From contig JBAUWJ010000152.1 of NCBI GenBank assembly GCA_049583715.1, positions 30-64,029 of the forward strand: a stretch of 64,000 nt of DNA. The letters run 5' to 3'. Positions 46,246 through 56,411 of the stretch are shown one piece after another. The notes below the pieces were generated by a model. That model worked only from the letters and a program-made list of their open reading frames with translations, ran no database searches and was not told the origin of the DNA. The first letter of the stretch is position 1; each line of letters begins with the position of its first letter. The position numbers were made by a program, and so were the translations under genes. The stretch is from Arenicellales bacterium (GTDB taxonomy: Bacteria; Pseudomonadota; Gammaproteobacteria; Arenicellales; JAANXG01).

Positions 46246-47680
46246 TCTGTACTCCTCCGCTTCCGCCGCTCGTCGCCACGGCCCGTTTGCCCTGGTCGAT
46301 TCGACACGCGCACAACCCCATCCCGGCGATGACGAAGAAATACACTGAGTTGGCAGGTATCTGAAAACTGAACCCGATCGTTGCGTCCAGGAGCATGAAC
46401 ACCAGGCTCACCAGGGACCCCAATATTACTCCGCGCATGAGCGGGTTTCGCCGGTTCTTATAGCCCTTGCAGAGCTGCCGCAATATCAGCAATACGGCGA
46501 GCCCAAGGATCATCGCCGTCGGAATACCCTGTCCGATGGCAGCCTCCAGATAGTCGTTGTGGGCGTGATCGTAGGTCACGAATCTCAGGTCGGCGCTCCG
46601 GAACATGGGAAATACCCAGCGATAGTTGCCCGCGCCAACCCCGGTCGCCCACACGGATCCGAGAAGCCTCAGCCCCGATACGTCCTGGAGAAGACGCTCA
46701 CTTCCAACCAGGTCCCAATGAGTGAACCACGCAAGGCCACGGTGAAGACCAATCAATATTGTAGCCGCCAACGCCGCCAGAACGACGAGGGGTGCGGGGA
46801 CGAGGTCTGCGGCGGTGACACACTTGAGCGGCCAGCCCACGAGCAGCACGACTCCGAAGGCAATCCCGAAAAAGACCACTGGCGCCGGTGCGCCGGCCAC
46901 CAGGACCCCGGAGATGAGGGTCAACGCAACTACCGCCAGCGCCGACAGTCCCCAAAGGGGCACCTTCCCGCACTTTTCGAGCTTCCAAATATTGCCCGCC
47001 TTCACTGAATTGGCCACCGATGCCATCAAGCCACACACCAGCCCCAGGACCATCATCAGCAGGTTGGCGTAGTGGTGCGGGTTCACGAAGGTTCCAGCTC
47101 GCATCTCGCTGTCGGTGCTCGCCTCCGGAAAGAGAACGAAACCAGTGGCCTTGCAGTACAGCCCGAAGGCCACCTCGATGGTCGCCACGAGGACGATTAC
47201 GCCGGCCATCCGGAGCAGCCGATCCCTTGTATTGACGGTGGTCAAGGTCAGATAGAACACCGCAGCGTAGCAGCCGAACTTCAAGAACTCGTCGTAGGTG
47301 CTTCCCGGGTCTACGCTCAGCGTATTCTCCGCACGAATACTGATCAAAGCCAGGTTCTGCTGAAGCTTGTAAACGAGCGGGTTCAGGGCATGCACCACGA
47401 CCCGGGGGACAGACAGTGTCTGCAGAAAGACAAAGCCCAGCCATACCACGAGAACAACGAGAATCGTCGCGGTGCGGCGAGGAAGGATCCGGTGTCCCGC
47501 AAAGACCATTGCACCCATAGCTTGGATGGCGAGCAGCCCATAGACGAAGATAGCCAGCGCGTACCAGGCATACGGTCTGTTCGAGCCGAGCGGTATCGGA
47601 ACGAAGGCGACAGCCATCAGGAGACCCAGGAATACTGCGACATCGTGGTACTTCCTCACCGTCCCCAAATTGAGCTTCAC
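46238..47680 (-). CDS. O-antigen ligase/polymerase (Wzy_C domain) family membrane protein
   Basis: About 12 TM helices and the periplasmic-loop motif [18 protein letters not shown]. Confidence 0.75.
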   Translation of the reverse strand: MKLNLGTVRKYHDVAVFLGLLMAVAFVPIPLGSNRPYAWYALAIFVYGLLAIQAMGAMVFAGHRILPRRTATILVVLVVWLGFVFLQTLSVPRVVVHALNPLVYKLQQNLALISIRAENTLSVDPGSTYDEFLKFGCYAAVFYLTLTTVNTRDRLLRMAGVIVLVATIEVAFGLYCKATGFVLFPEASTDSEMRAGTFVNPHHYANLLMMVLGLVCGLMASVANSVKAGNIWKLEKCGKVPLWGLSALAVVALTLISGVLVAGAPAPVVFFGIAFGVVLLVGWPLKCVTAADLVPAPLVVLAALAATILIGLHRGLAWFTHWDLVGSERLLQDVSGLRLLGSVWATGVGAGNYRWVFPMFRSADLRFVTYDHAHNDYLEAAIGQGIPTAMILGLAVLLILRQLCKGYKNRRNPLMRGVILGSLVSLVFMLLDATIGFSFQIPANSVYFFVIAGMGLCACRIDQGKRAVATSGGSGGVQNE

Positions 47681-48390
47681 AGCGACTTGCTTCGTTCCTC
47701 CAGATACAGGTTCATCAAGCCTGTCAGCTTAGCTTCGGATTCAAGCTTGTGCTTGAACAGGTGGATCTTGCCCGTCATCACGATCTGCTCCACGACGAAC
47801 TTGTTGACATGAGGATTGTCGAGGCCAATCTTGAGCGTATCGACCACGCTCTTCTGTAATTGTGGTCCCAGTTGGCCCCAGACTCTGAGAGCGACGTACG
47901 ATAAGCCATGGTGGACCGTCGTCTCGCAGGCCCCCGTTTCAATTGACTTCTCGAGTGCCACCTTCAATTCGTGATCCACCTCCCCCGCCTGGTACTTCAC
48001 CAACGCGAGCAGGATCCATGGCTCGAACCAGGACGGTCTGCGAACCAGGGCCGCCTTCAGGCTCTCGATGATCTTCTTGTTTTCGGCTGCCTCCTGCCGG
48101 GGCCAGAGTCGAAGGCCCCGCTCCCGCCAGGCGTGCAAGCTCGCCAGCATGTATCGATAATCGGAGTTGTCCAGCTCGTCCACGGATGCCCTGTAGCCCA
48201 GGATAAAAGCCCTGTTGAGCTCCCTGTCGTGGGGAATGCCGGATTCCTTCTGCCAGCGCGCCTTTATACTCCGGAGCTCCAGGTAGCTCAGGCTGCCCTC
48301 CAGGCGCTCCCAAGCCTGCTGCGCGAGCAAAACGGCTGTGGCGAGGACCGCGCACAGAAGCAGTCTGTGTCGCAGGCTACGGAGTTTCAA
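47677..48390 (-). CDS. Hypothetical protein with an N-terminal signal/anchor and a helical-repeat body
   Basis: MKLRSLRHRLLLCAVLATAVLLA... followed by amphipathic helical content. It overlaps the downstream ligase-like gene by 4 nt. I cannot assign a family. Confidence 0.5.
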   Translation of the reverse strand: MKLRSLRHRLLLCAVLATAVLLAQQAWERLEGSLSYLELRSIKARWQKESGIPHDRELNRAFILGYRASVDELDNSDYRYMLASLHAWRERGLRLWPRQEAAENKKIIESLKAALVRRPSWFEPWILLALVKYQAGEVDHELKVALEKSIETGACETTVHHGLSYVALRVWGQLGPQLQKSVVDTLKIGLDNPHVNKFVVEQIVMTGKIHLFKHKLESEAKLTGLMNLYLEERSKSL

Positions 48391-48407
48391 GAAATGGAAG
48401 GATACTC

Positions 48408-50531
48408 TCAGGCGGCCGGGTCATCGGCACTCCGGTAATACCCGCCGTAGTAGTACTGGTATTTGCCGTCGTAGTAGTACGCGGACCGACGAACCTGCAC
48501 CTGGGTCAAAACCACACCCATGGTGCGTATCCCCGCATTCCCGAGCCTCTTGAGCGCGTCACGGGTCATCTTGGTCGTCGTTCTTTCCGCCTGCACGACC
48601 AGCAGTAAGGCGTCAGTGATGTGACCCAGGACGATGGCGTCACTCACCGGCAGAATCGGTGCGGTGTCTATGATTATGTGGGAAAACTTGCTCCTCAACT
48701 CGACGAGCGTCTTGGCCAGGGTCTGCGATGAGAGCAATTCCAGAGGATTCGGAGGCACGACGCCGCCCTTGAGAATATAAAGGGACGGGCACTCCGGGTC
48801 CTGAACCACGCATTCCTGAAGGGACCTCAGACCGGCCACGTATTCCACCAACCCTCCCTTGGAGGATGCGGTGGTGAGATATTCCACCCGTGGCTTGCGC
48901 AGGTCGGCGTCGATCAGCAGGGTGCGACCGAGATTCGCGAAGGACAGTGCGAGATTCGATGCCAGGGTAGTCTTGCCTTCTCCCTGCACCGAGGACGTTA
49001 TCAGGATCGTCTGAGGTGGATTGTCGACATCCGAGTAGGCGATGCCGGTGCGCACATGGTTAATGGACTCGGAGAATGCCGATTTCGAGTCTTCGAGGAA
49101 ATATCTTTCGGGGGCGGGGCCCTCCTCCGCTTTCCTGAGCATCTTCCGCCGGCGGGCCTGGTCGACACGCTTGCCTTTCTTGCCCAGCAGCGGAACGACT
49201 CCCAACACCGGTAGAGCGAGCTTCTGCTCGATATCTTCGTTTGTTCGATAGGTATTGTGGAGCTGCTCCCGGAACAGGGCCAGCAGAATGCCTACGAACA
49301 GACCCATCATGCTCCACTGGAACACGAACTTGTTCTTGTCCGGCCTGATAGGCGACTTCGGTACACGTGCCTTGTCGACGATCTGCGCGTTGGTGAGGTT
49401 GTACTGCGACGATAGGTTGGTTTCCTGGAACTTCGACAGGAATGCCTGATAGAGCTGCCGGTCCGAGGCCACTTCCCGTTCCAGCTTGCTGAGCTCGAAC
49501 TGCTTGTTCTTGTCGTCAACGATCTTCTTGGACGCCTCTTCGAGTCGCTGTCTCGCTGATGCCAACTCGGCCTTTGCGTTGATCATCCTGGGATGCTTCG
49601 GACCGTACCGTTCGGAGAGCTCCGAGACTGCCTTCTGGGTCCGGATGACCTCATCGTTCAGGAACTTCAACTTGTCCGCCGATATCTGGTCCATGCTCTG
49701 GGAATCGAGGAGGCCGGAGCTCTTTTGAAATGCCTGCAGCTTGTCTTCGGCATTGGCGACCTTCTTACGCAGATCGCCAAGGCGCTCCGTCAACCACGCA
49801 CTGGTGCGCTTGGTGCGGTCCAGACGTGCCTCGAGGCCAAGTTCGATGTAGGCATCCACAATCGCATTCGTGACCTCGGCCGCAAACTGCGGATTCGGCG
49901 AATCGAATCTCACGCGTGCGATCTGGCTCTGGTCACTGCCGTCGACCGATACGCCGCTGCGGATCATGTTCGCCAGGGCCTCCCTGCGTTTCGTGAGCTG
50001 GCCGGGGGATTGCATCTCCAGGGCCAGCTGCGTATCGGTATCCTTCGGCTTCGCGGCCGTATTCAACCCGAGTGCCTTCTCGGCCAGATCGATCAGGCTC
50101 GGCGTCGCTTTGAGCGGTTTATTCAGGTCCTTGCGAGTCACCAGGCCGAGCTTGTCCACGACACGTTCGGCGACCGCGCGGCTGTGGATCAGCTCATATT
50201 GAGTCTGGTAGTAGCGCCACGATTCCGCATAGTAGAGATTCAGGTTCTGCCCCGGCACGACATTGCTCGAATCCGGTCCGATCGCAACTGTCGCTTCGGC
50301 TTCGTAGATGGGGACCGCGGTGGCCGACTGGAGCGCCCCGGCGATAAACCCCACCACGGCGAAGGACAGAATGCTCCATTTGTACCTCAGGCCGACACGA
50401 AGGTACTTTAATATTGTGGCCCCGGTATCGCTTTCCGACTCCGGCGCCGCCCGCTGACGGCCCTCCAGCGGCAACGACCGGACGTTGGAAGGGGCCGGGG
50501 AACGATCACCGTGGTCAACCACGGTGCTCAA
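48408..50531 (-). CDS. wzc: Polysaccharide co-polymerase / tyrosine autokinase (Wzc/GumC/EpsG type)
   Basis: Wzz-like N-terminal domain, long coiled-coil periplasmic region, second TM helix, P-loop ITSSVQGEGKTTLASNLA and a C-terminal Tyr-rich tail YYYDGKYQYYYGGYY. Confidence 0.88.
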   Translation of the reverse strand: MSTVVDHGDRSPAPSNVRSLPLEGRQRAAPESESDTGATILKYLRVGLRYKWSILSFAVVGFIAGALQSATAVPIYEAEATVAIGPDSSNVVPGQNLNLYYAESWRYYQTQYELIHSRAVAERVVDKLGLVTRKDLNKPLKATPSLIDLAEKALGLNTAAKPKDTDTQLALEMQSPGQLTKRREALANMIRSGVSVDGSDQSQIARVRFDSPNPQFAAEVTNAIVDAYIELGLEARLDRTKRTSAWLTERLGDLRKKVANAEDKLQAFQKSSGLLDSQSMDQISADKLKFLNDEVIRTQKAVSELSERYGPKHPRMINAKAELASARQRLEEASKKIVDDKNKQFELSKLEREVASDRQLYQAFLSKFQETNLSSQYNLTNAQIVDKARVPKSPIRPDKNKFVFQWSMMGLFVGILLALFREQLHNTYRTNEDIEQKLALPVLGVVPLLGKKGKRVDQARRRKMLRKAEEGPAPERYFLEDSKSAFSESINHVRTGIAYSDVDNPPQTILITSSVQGEGKTTLASNLALSFANLGRTLLIDADLRKPRVEYLTTASSKGGLVEYVAGLRSLQECVVQDPECPSLYILKGGVVPPNPLELLSSQTLAKTLVELRSKFSHIIIDTAPILPVSDAIVLGHITDALLLVVQAERTTTKMTRDALKRLGNAGIRTMGVVLTQVQVRRSAYYYDGKYQYYYGGYYRSADDPAA

Positions 50532-51340
50532 AACCAGCTTTCCCCCACTGTAATCACGTCACCGGGCATGATGGGCGTCGTCAGCTTCACATGCTCCAGG
50601 GTATGGGGACCGTCGCCCTGCGTGTAACGCGAGATATCAATCTTGTGCTTCGACGCGCGGGGAGTGAATCCGCCTGCGATCGCAACGGCCTTCTCCACAG
50701 TGAGACCGCTGCGAAATGTATAGCCGCCGGGCTTGCTGACCTGGCCATAAAGATATATGTAATCCGTGGCCTTTTCGGCCGTATCCACCACGTCGCGCTT
50801 GACGGTGATCACGTCGCCGGGCCTGATGGGAAAGTTGACCTCATTGACCTGGAAGGTCTCTCCGTCTATGCGGCTTACGGAAACGTGGGTACCTTTGCCG
50901 AGCTGTATTGAGCTTCCGGAAATCGTGAGGGCCTGCTCGAGCGTCATACCCTCGGTGAATGGATGCTCGCCGGGCTCCTGAACGTCCCCCTGGACGAAGA
51001 AAGGACGATACTCAGAGACCGTCACCGTCACCTTCGGCTTCTTCAGATAGCCGTTCAGAAGCATGGCGGTCAACTGCTTCTCAAGCGTATCCACGGATTG
51101 ATTGCTGGTATCGATCCGCCCGAGAAGTGGATAGGAGATCACACCGTCGCCGGGGATACGAAGGTTTTCGACGCTCAGCTCCGGCTCGTTGAAGACCGTA
51201 ATATTTATTACGTCACCGGGCGCGAGAATGTAGTCCACCCCCTTCCCCGTCGACGAAGGGGCCTGAGTGGCGTAGCAGGTGCTTGCAACGCCCACCATGG
51301 TGAGCAGAGCGACGAAGGACAACGACTTCAGAAGTGTCAT
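50528..51340 (-). CDS. wza: Polysaccharide export protein (Wza-family, Poly_export + SLBB domains)
   Basis: Signal peptide, YILAPGDVINITV..., repeated PGDVITV motifs. Confidence 0.82.
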   Translation of the reverse strand: MTLLKSLSFVALLTMVGVASTCYATQAPSSTGKGVDYILAPGDVINITVFNEPELSVENLRIPGDGVISYPLLGRIDTSNQSVDTLEKQLTAMLLNGYLKKPKVTVTVSEYRPFFVQGDVQEPGEHPFTEGMTLEQALTISGSSIQLGKGTHVSVSRIDGETFQVNEVNFPIRPGDVITVKRDVVDTAEKATDYIYLYGQVSKPGGYTFRSGLTVEKAVAIAGGFTPRASKHKIDISRYTQGDGPHTLEHVKLTTPIMPGDVITVGESWF

Positions 51341-51397
51341 CAGGACTTTCAGTATTTCAAAGGACCCGCTTCAACACCGATTGATCGACAGAGCCGG

Positions 51398-52705
51398 CTA
51401 CCGGGCCCCGACCGACAGGCTGCCGTTCAGATACAGGCTGATGACCTGGTCGTTGTAGTTCTCGCCGGCCAAATTCGAATCCCTGGTGATTCTGCTGTAC
51501 TGGGCACCAATGGAAAGCCACCTGCGGAGCGAGTAGTCCAGCCCAACGCCGTAGTCCCACAGCTCGTCCCGCCTGCCGCTGTCGTAGTGGTCCTTGGTGT
51601 TGTTGGCATAGACAAACGCACCCAGGCGGTCCCCGATCGACTCACGGACCGTGGCGCCTATCAATTCACTGATATAGAAATCTCCGGCCGTCGCCGTAGA
51701 CTCCTCGAAGTCTCTGGAACCGTAAATGTCGACGGTCGTGCGCTGTCGAGGCGTCCAACTCAATCTGCCGGCGACGGTGGTCGTCGTGGGATCCGTCAGT
51801 GTCGGGTCGTCGAAATCCTTCTTCGTCTGCCCCGCACTCACTTCTCCCGTGGTCTTTGCGGTGATATCCCATCGTCCACCCACATCGTAGCCGAGCTCCT
51901 GACTGTTCAGATCGAGCCCGGACTGGCGATAATCGACGTTCATGAGGTGCGCGCCGACGAACACCGAGGTCCGCGGGCTGATGTTGTAATAGACGCGTCC
52001 GTGGAAGCGATCGTCGTCGCGGTCCCTGTATTGCTGCCCGTTGTTCTGGTATCGCCATTGCGAGCGGTCGGCCCCCGCTTCGATCTGTATACGGCTCGAG
52101 CGCTGGCCGATCGTGAACACACCGCCGTAGCCGGTGATGTCCACCTCATCCGGGGTGAGGCTCTGCACGAGCCGCGTCCCGGAGCCGCCACGCGGCTCCG
52201 CCGTGTGGGTAAAGGTACCGAACAGATCCAGGCCGAGCTTCCGGCTGATATCCAGGTTGGTCAAGGCATGAGCGGTGTAGTTGCTCGAGTTTTCATCGGT
52301 CAGGTCCTTGAACCGCGTGAACTGGGAGCTGATCCCGACCTCGGCCGTATGCCGCCCAAGGTATGTCTTGTAGCCCGCCTGCGGCGTGATCACGACAGCA
52401 GAGTCTCCCTGGCTGCTTGCCCCCGCAACGGAATCTCTGCGCACATTGCTCCTGTGCAGGTACGCGACTCCCACCGCCGCGTACAGACCTTCCTGCTTCT
52501 GGGTCGGTTTGGTGGGAGAACTGCTGAGCGCGCGCTGGGTGTTGGCGGCAGGTGCAATTCCAAACTCCGGCCCTTCGGCAAGGGTCACACCCGAGTAACT
52601 CACGGTCAGCAGGACGGTCAAAAGGCCCGCGAAACGCGCGCCGGTGTTCCACCCGCGGCGGGACGGTTCACGCCCACCCTCGATTCTCATTCTATGTCTC
52701 ATCAT
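51398..52705 (-). CDS. Putative outer-membrane beta-barrel protein of the EPS locus
   Basis: Signal peptide ...SGVTLAEG, then alternating hydrophobic/polar beta-strand periodicity rich in Y/G/R/D/T throughout. Family unassigned. Confidence 0.55.
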   Translation of the reverse strand: MMRHRMRIEGGREPSRRGWNTGARFAGLLTVLLTVSYSGVTLAEGPEFGIAPAANTQRALSSSPTKPTQKQEGLYAAVGVAYLHRSNVRRDSVAGASSQGDSAVVITPQAGYKTYLGRHTAEVGISSQFTRFKDLTDENSSNYTAHALTNLDISRKLGLDLFGTFTHTAEPRGGSGTRLVQSLTPDEVDITGYGGVFTIGQRSSRIQIEAGADRSQWRYQNNGQQYRDRDDDRFHGRVYYNISPRTSVFVGAHLMNVDYRQSGLDLNSQELGYDVGGRWDITAKTTGEVSAGQTKKDFDDPTLTDPTTTTVAGRLSWTPRQRTTVDIYGSRDFEESTATAGDFYISELIGATVRESIGDRLGAFVYANNTKDHYDSGRRDELWDYGVGLDYSLRRWLSIGAQYSRITRDSNLAGENYNDQVISLYLNGSLSVGAR

Positions 52706-52724
52706 ATAGTGATCCTTCCCGCTG

Positions 52725-54062
52725 CTATGACGTGCACTGGCTCTGCGTGTACCTCAGCCCATTGTAAAGGTGAGGGTCTATCCCCATCCCGAGGGAGCCG
52801 TTGCTGCTCGTGCCCCCTGCTTTGGACGGTGCTCCGGCCGCCGTGTTCTGCGGCTGTTTCGAGCTCGACTCGCAGACTTTTTCGGGTGCTCCCGCGGCAG
52901 TCGCCGCTCGACAGAGCATATCCTGACAATTCGAGGGCTCTCCACACGGGGTCCGGTTGATGCTGTGATAAAAGAGCACAATGGGGAGTTGCTTCACACC
53001 GAGGTTGGAGGCTACCGCCACCGCTGCGGGGTCGTTGATCCAGGCGTGTCCCCGCCCGGACCTGACGAGCGTCAGCAGCAGGGGGCGGCTCAGGGTCATG
53101 TTGTTGTTCTCGAATTCCTGGACGGCGGCGTCCCAGTCAGCCTGCGAAATGTCTTTTCGATCCGGAATCTTCACCACCGCCCGAATCTCGTCGGGAGTGG
53201 CCATCTTGTGATAGTCGCCCACCTCCCACTCGGGAACGGCGGTCAGCTCGACCCCATTGGTGTAGAAATCCTGTGCGAGATCCGCGAGCGTCACGTTCGA
53301 GGAAAAGCTGCTGATGGGGCGCTGCTTGACATTGTTGTATACCAACACCACCGGCAGAAGCTTGGTGCCCTGTTCCTGGGCCCGCCGTATACGCTCCCTG
53401 CCGCCGCTGCCAACGACGATCTCCTTGTTGCTCTTGTACAAAGAGACGAACACCGGCCGGTTCGGCGCGCTCAACGGCGTCCCGTTGTCCTTGCCGGCCA
53501 CATACCACTTATTGTCGCCGATCAGACCGGACAGCTCGCTCACCGAGGCATCCATGTGAACCCGGCCGTCTTCCCAGTCCGGGAACGGGACCAGCCTGAG
53601 GTCTTTGTCGAAGAACAGGTTCGCCGCCTCATGAATAGTCGGATTGCTCCCAAGCGTGGACTTGCTCGCCGCCTTGATGTACCTGGCCGCGTTCGACTTC
53701 TCCTGGCAGACCCATCCAGGGAGGACGCTCGTCAGGGACTTGGCCGTATCGTAGTACTCCTGCGCGCGCTCGACATTGGAGGTGATCGCGATGTACAGGA
53801 TGTCGTTGAGCGACATGCCCGTGGTGACGGCATGCATCATCACGGTCGCCGGCGGGTAACCCAGGCGAAACAGGTGCGAGTACACTTTGAACGCCTCCCT
53901 GTCGACGTCAATACGGACCTCGCCCGCTTCCTGAATATGAATGTCCTTCCCAAGATCGGCATATGTGACAGTGGGAACCGCAAGGAAGGTCGCGAACAGG
54001 CCGCTCGCAAACAAAGTGACGGCCTGAATCCTGCTTCTTAACGTCATTGTCGGTGCTCGCAT
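52725..54062 (-). CDS. Secreted hypothetical protein (445 aa) with an internal ~48-aa duplication and a Cys-containing low-complexity tail
   Basis: Signal peptide MTLRSRIQAVTLFASGLFATFLAVPTVTYA. It is the first gene of the minus-strand EPS operon. No recognisable family. Confidence 0.6.
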   Translation of the reverse strand: MRAPTMTLRSRIQAVTLFASGLFATFLAVPTVTYADLGKDIHIQEAGEVRIDVDREAFKVYSHLFRLGYPPATVMMHAVTTGMSLNDILYIAITSNVERAQEYYDTAKSLTSVLPGWVCQEKSNAARYIKAASKSTLGSNPTIHEAANLFFDKDLRLVPFPDWEDGRVHMDASVSELSGLIGDNKWYVAGKDNGTPLSAPNRPVFVSLYKSNKEIVVGSGGRERIRRAQEQGTKLLPVVLVYNNVKQRPISSFSSNVTLADLAQDFYTNGVELTAVPEWEVGDYHKMATPDEIRAVVKIPDRKDISQADWDAAVQEFENNNMTLSRPLLLTLVRSGRGHAWINDPAAVAVASNLGVKQLPIVLFYHSINRTPCGEPSNCQDMLCRAATAAGAPEKVCESSSKQPQNTAAGAPSKAGGTSSNGSLGMGIDPHLYNGLRYTQSQCTS

Positions 54063-54333
54063 GTTGGTGACGGGCGCGTTTCAACAGCTCAAGCAAAGGC
54101 CCGGACCGCCAGAATCCGGTCTTTGCAACGGCGCTCCCCGCGACCGGCGGGGAGTATTACACACTCTTCGAGTTCTATGTTATAGCGACAGGTCATCGTG
54201 GCTTCTTTAAACTTTGCCGCCCTCAATCCACGCTCTCATAATAGTCCAGAATGTGCTTTTACATCAATAAATTAACAAGACAATGTCAGGTCGAATCTCC
54301 ACGTTTGAAAGCACCGCGCGCGCCCGGCCCGCG

Positions 54334-55692
<1,359 letters not shown>

Positions 55693-55696
55693 TCAT

Positions 55697-56332
55697 CTAC
55701 TGCCCCGTATCGTCAATGACATCCGCGCCCTTGGGCGGCGTGAACTCGAACTGGGAGTCGGCAATGGTCTTGTTCTCCTGGCCGTCGGTCATGGTGATGC
55801 GGGTCGTCTGCCCCAGCCCGTCCACCAGTTCCATGACGCGCAGGCGGCCGTCCTGAAAGCCGATCCGGATGTCCTTGAACCCGACGTCATCGCCCTTGGG
55901 CACCAGGCGAACCCAGTGCAGGGGTCCGTTTACCTGGCCGAGATCGGTGACTTTGAAGTCCTTGTCGAGGTCGACGCCCCCGGCCAGGAGTGCCGCCGGG
56001 GTCTTGCCCAGCGCCTTCTTCAGGGAGCGCACCGTGACCTGCTCCAGCTCGACATCGTAGGTCCAGACCTTATCCCCGTCGCTGATGATCTCGTGCTGAT
56101 TGGGTGGATCGTAGTCCCAGCGAAACCGGCCGGGGCGTTTGATCAGGACCCGGCCGGAGGATTCCTGGATGGGATTGAATCCCTCGTCCAGCACCACCTG
56201 CTGGAACCTCGCGGAATAGGTGTGGACGTCGTTGAAGAAGTGATTCAGGCTCTTGCCGACGGCGGCGATTGCGGCCGGGCAGGCCATACAGGCCGCCAGG
56301 AGCACGATGATGTTCAGGAAAATTCTGATCAT
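55697..56332 (-). CDS. lolA: Outer-membrane lipoprotein chaperone
   Basis: Signal peptide MIRIFLNIIVLLAACMACPAAIA and FQQVVLDE...RFRWDY. Position between ftsK and serS. Confidence 0.88.
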   Translation of the reverse strand: MIRIFLNIIVLLAACMACPAAIAAVGKSLNHFFNDVHTYSARFQQVVLDEGFNPIQESSGRVLIKRPGRFRWDYDPPNQHEIISDGDKVWTYDVELEQVTVRSLKKALGKTPAALLAGGVDLDKDFKVTDLGQVNGPLHWVRLVPKGDDVGFKDIRIGFQDGRLRVMELVDGLGQTTRITMTDGQENKTIADSQFEFTPPKGADVIDDTGQ

Positions 56333-56411
56333 TGGGTACTGTTTGCCGTCCGACGCCGGCTCGGATACACGACCCGGACCGCCCGCCGGGACCACCGCAC
56401 TGCCTTGATCG

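Noticed and set aside
50963-52960. 665-aa plus-strand ORF, and 52770-54041 (423 aa, plus).
   Set aside because: Antisense to the wza, OM-barrel and secreted-protein genes. No signal peptides, motifs or start context.
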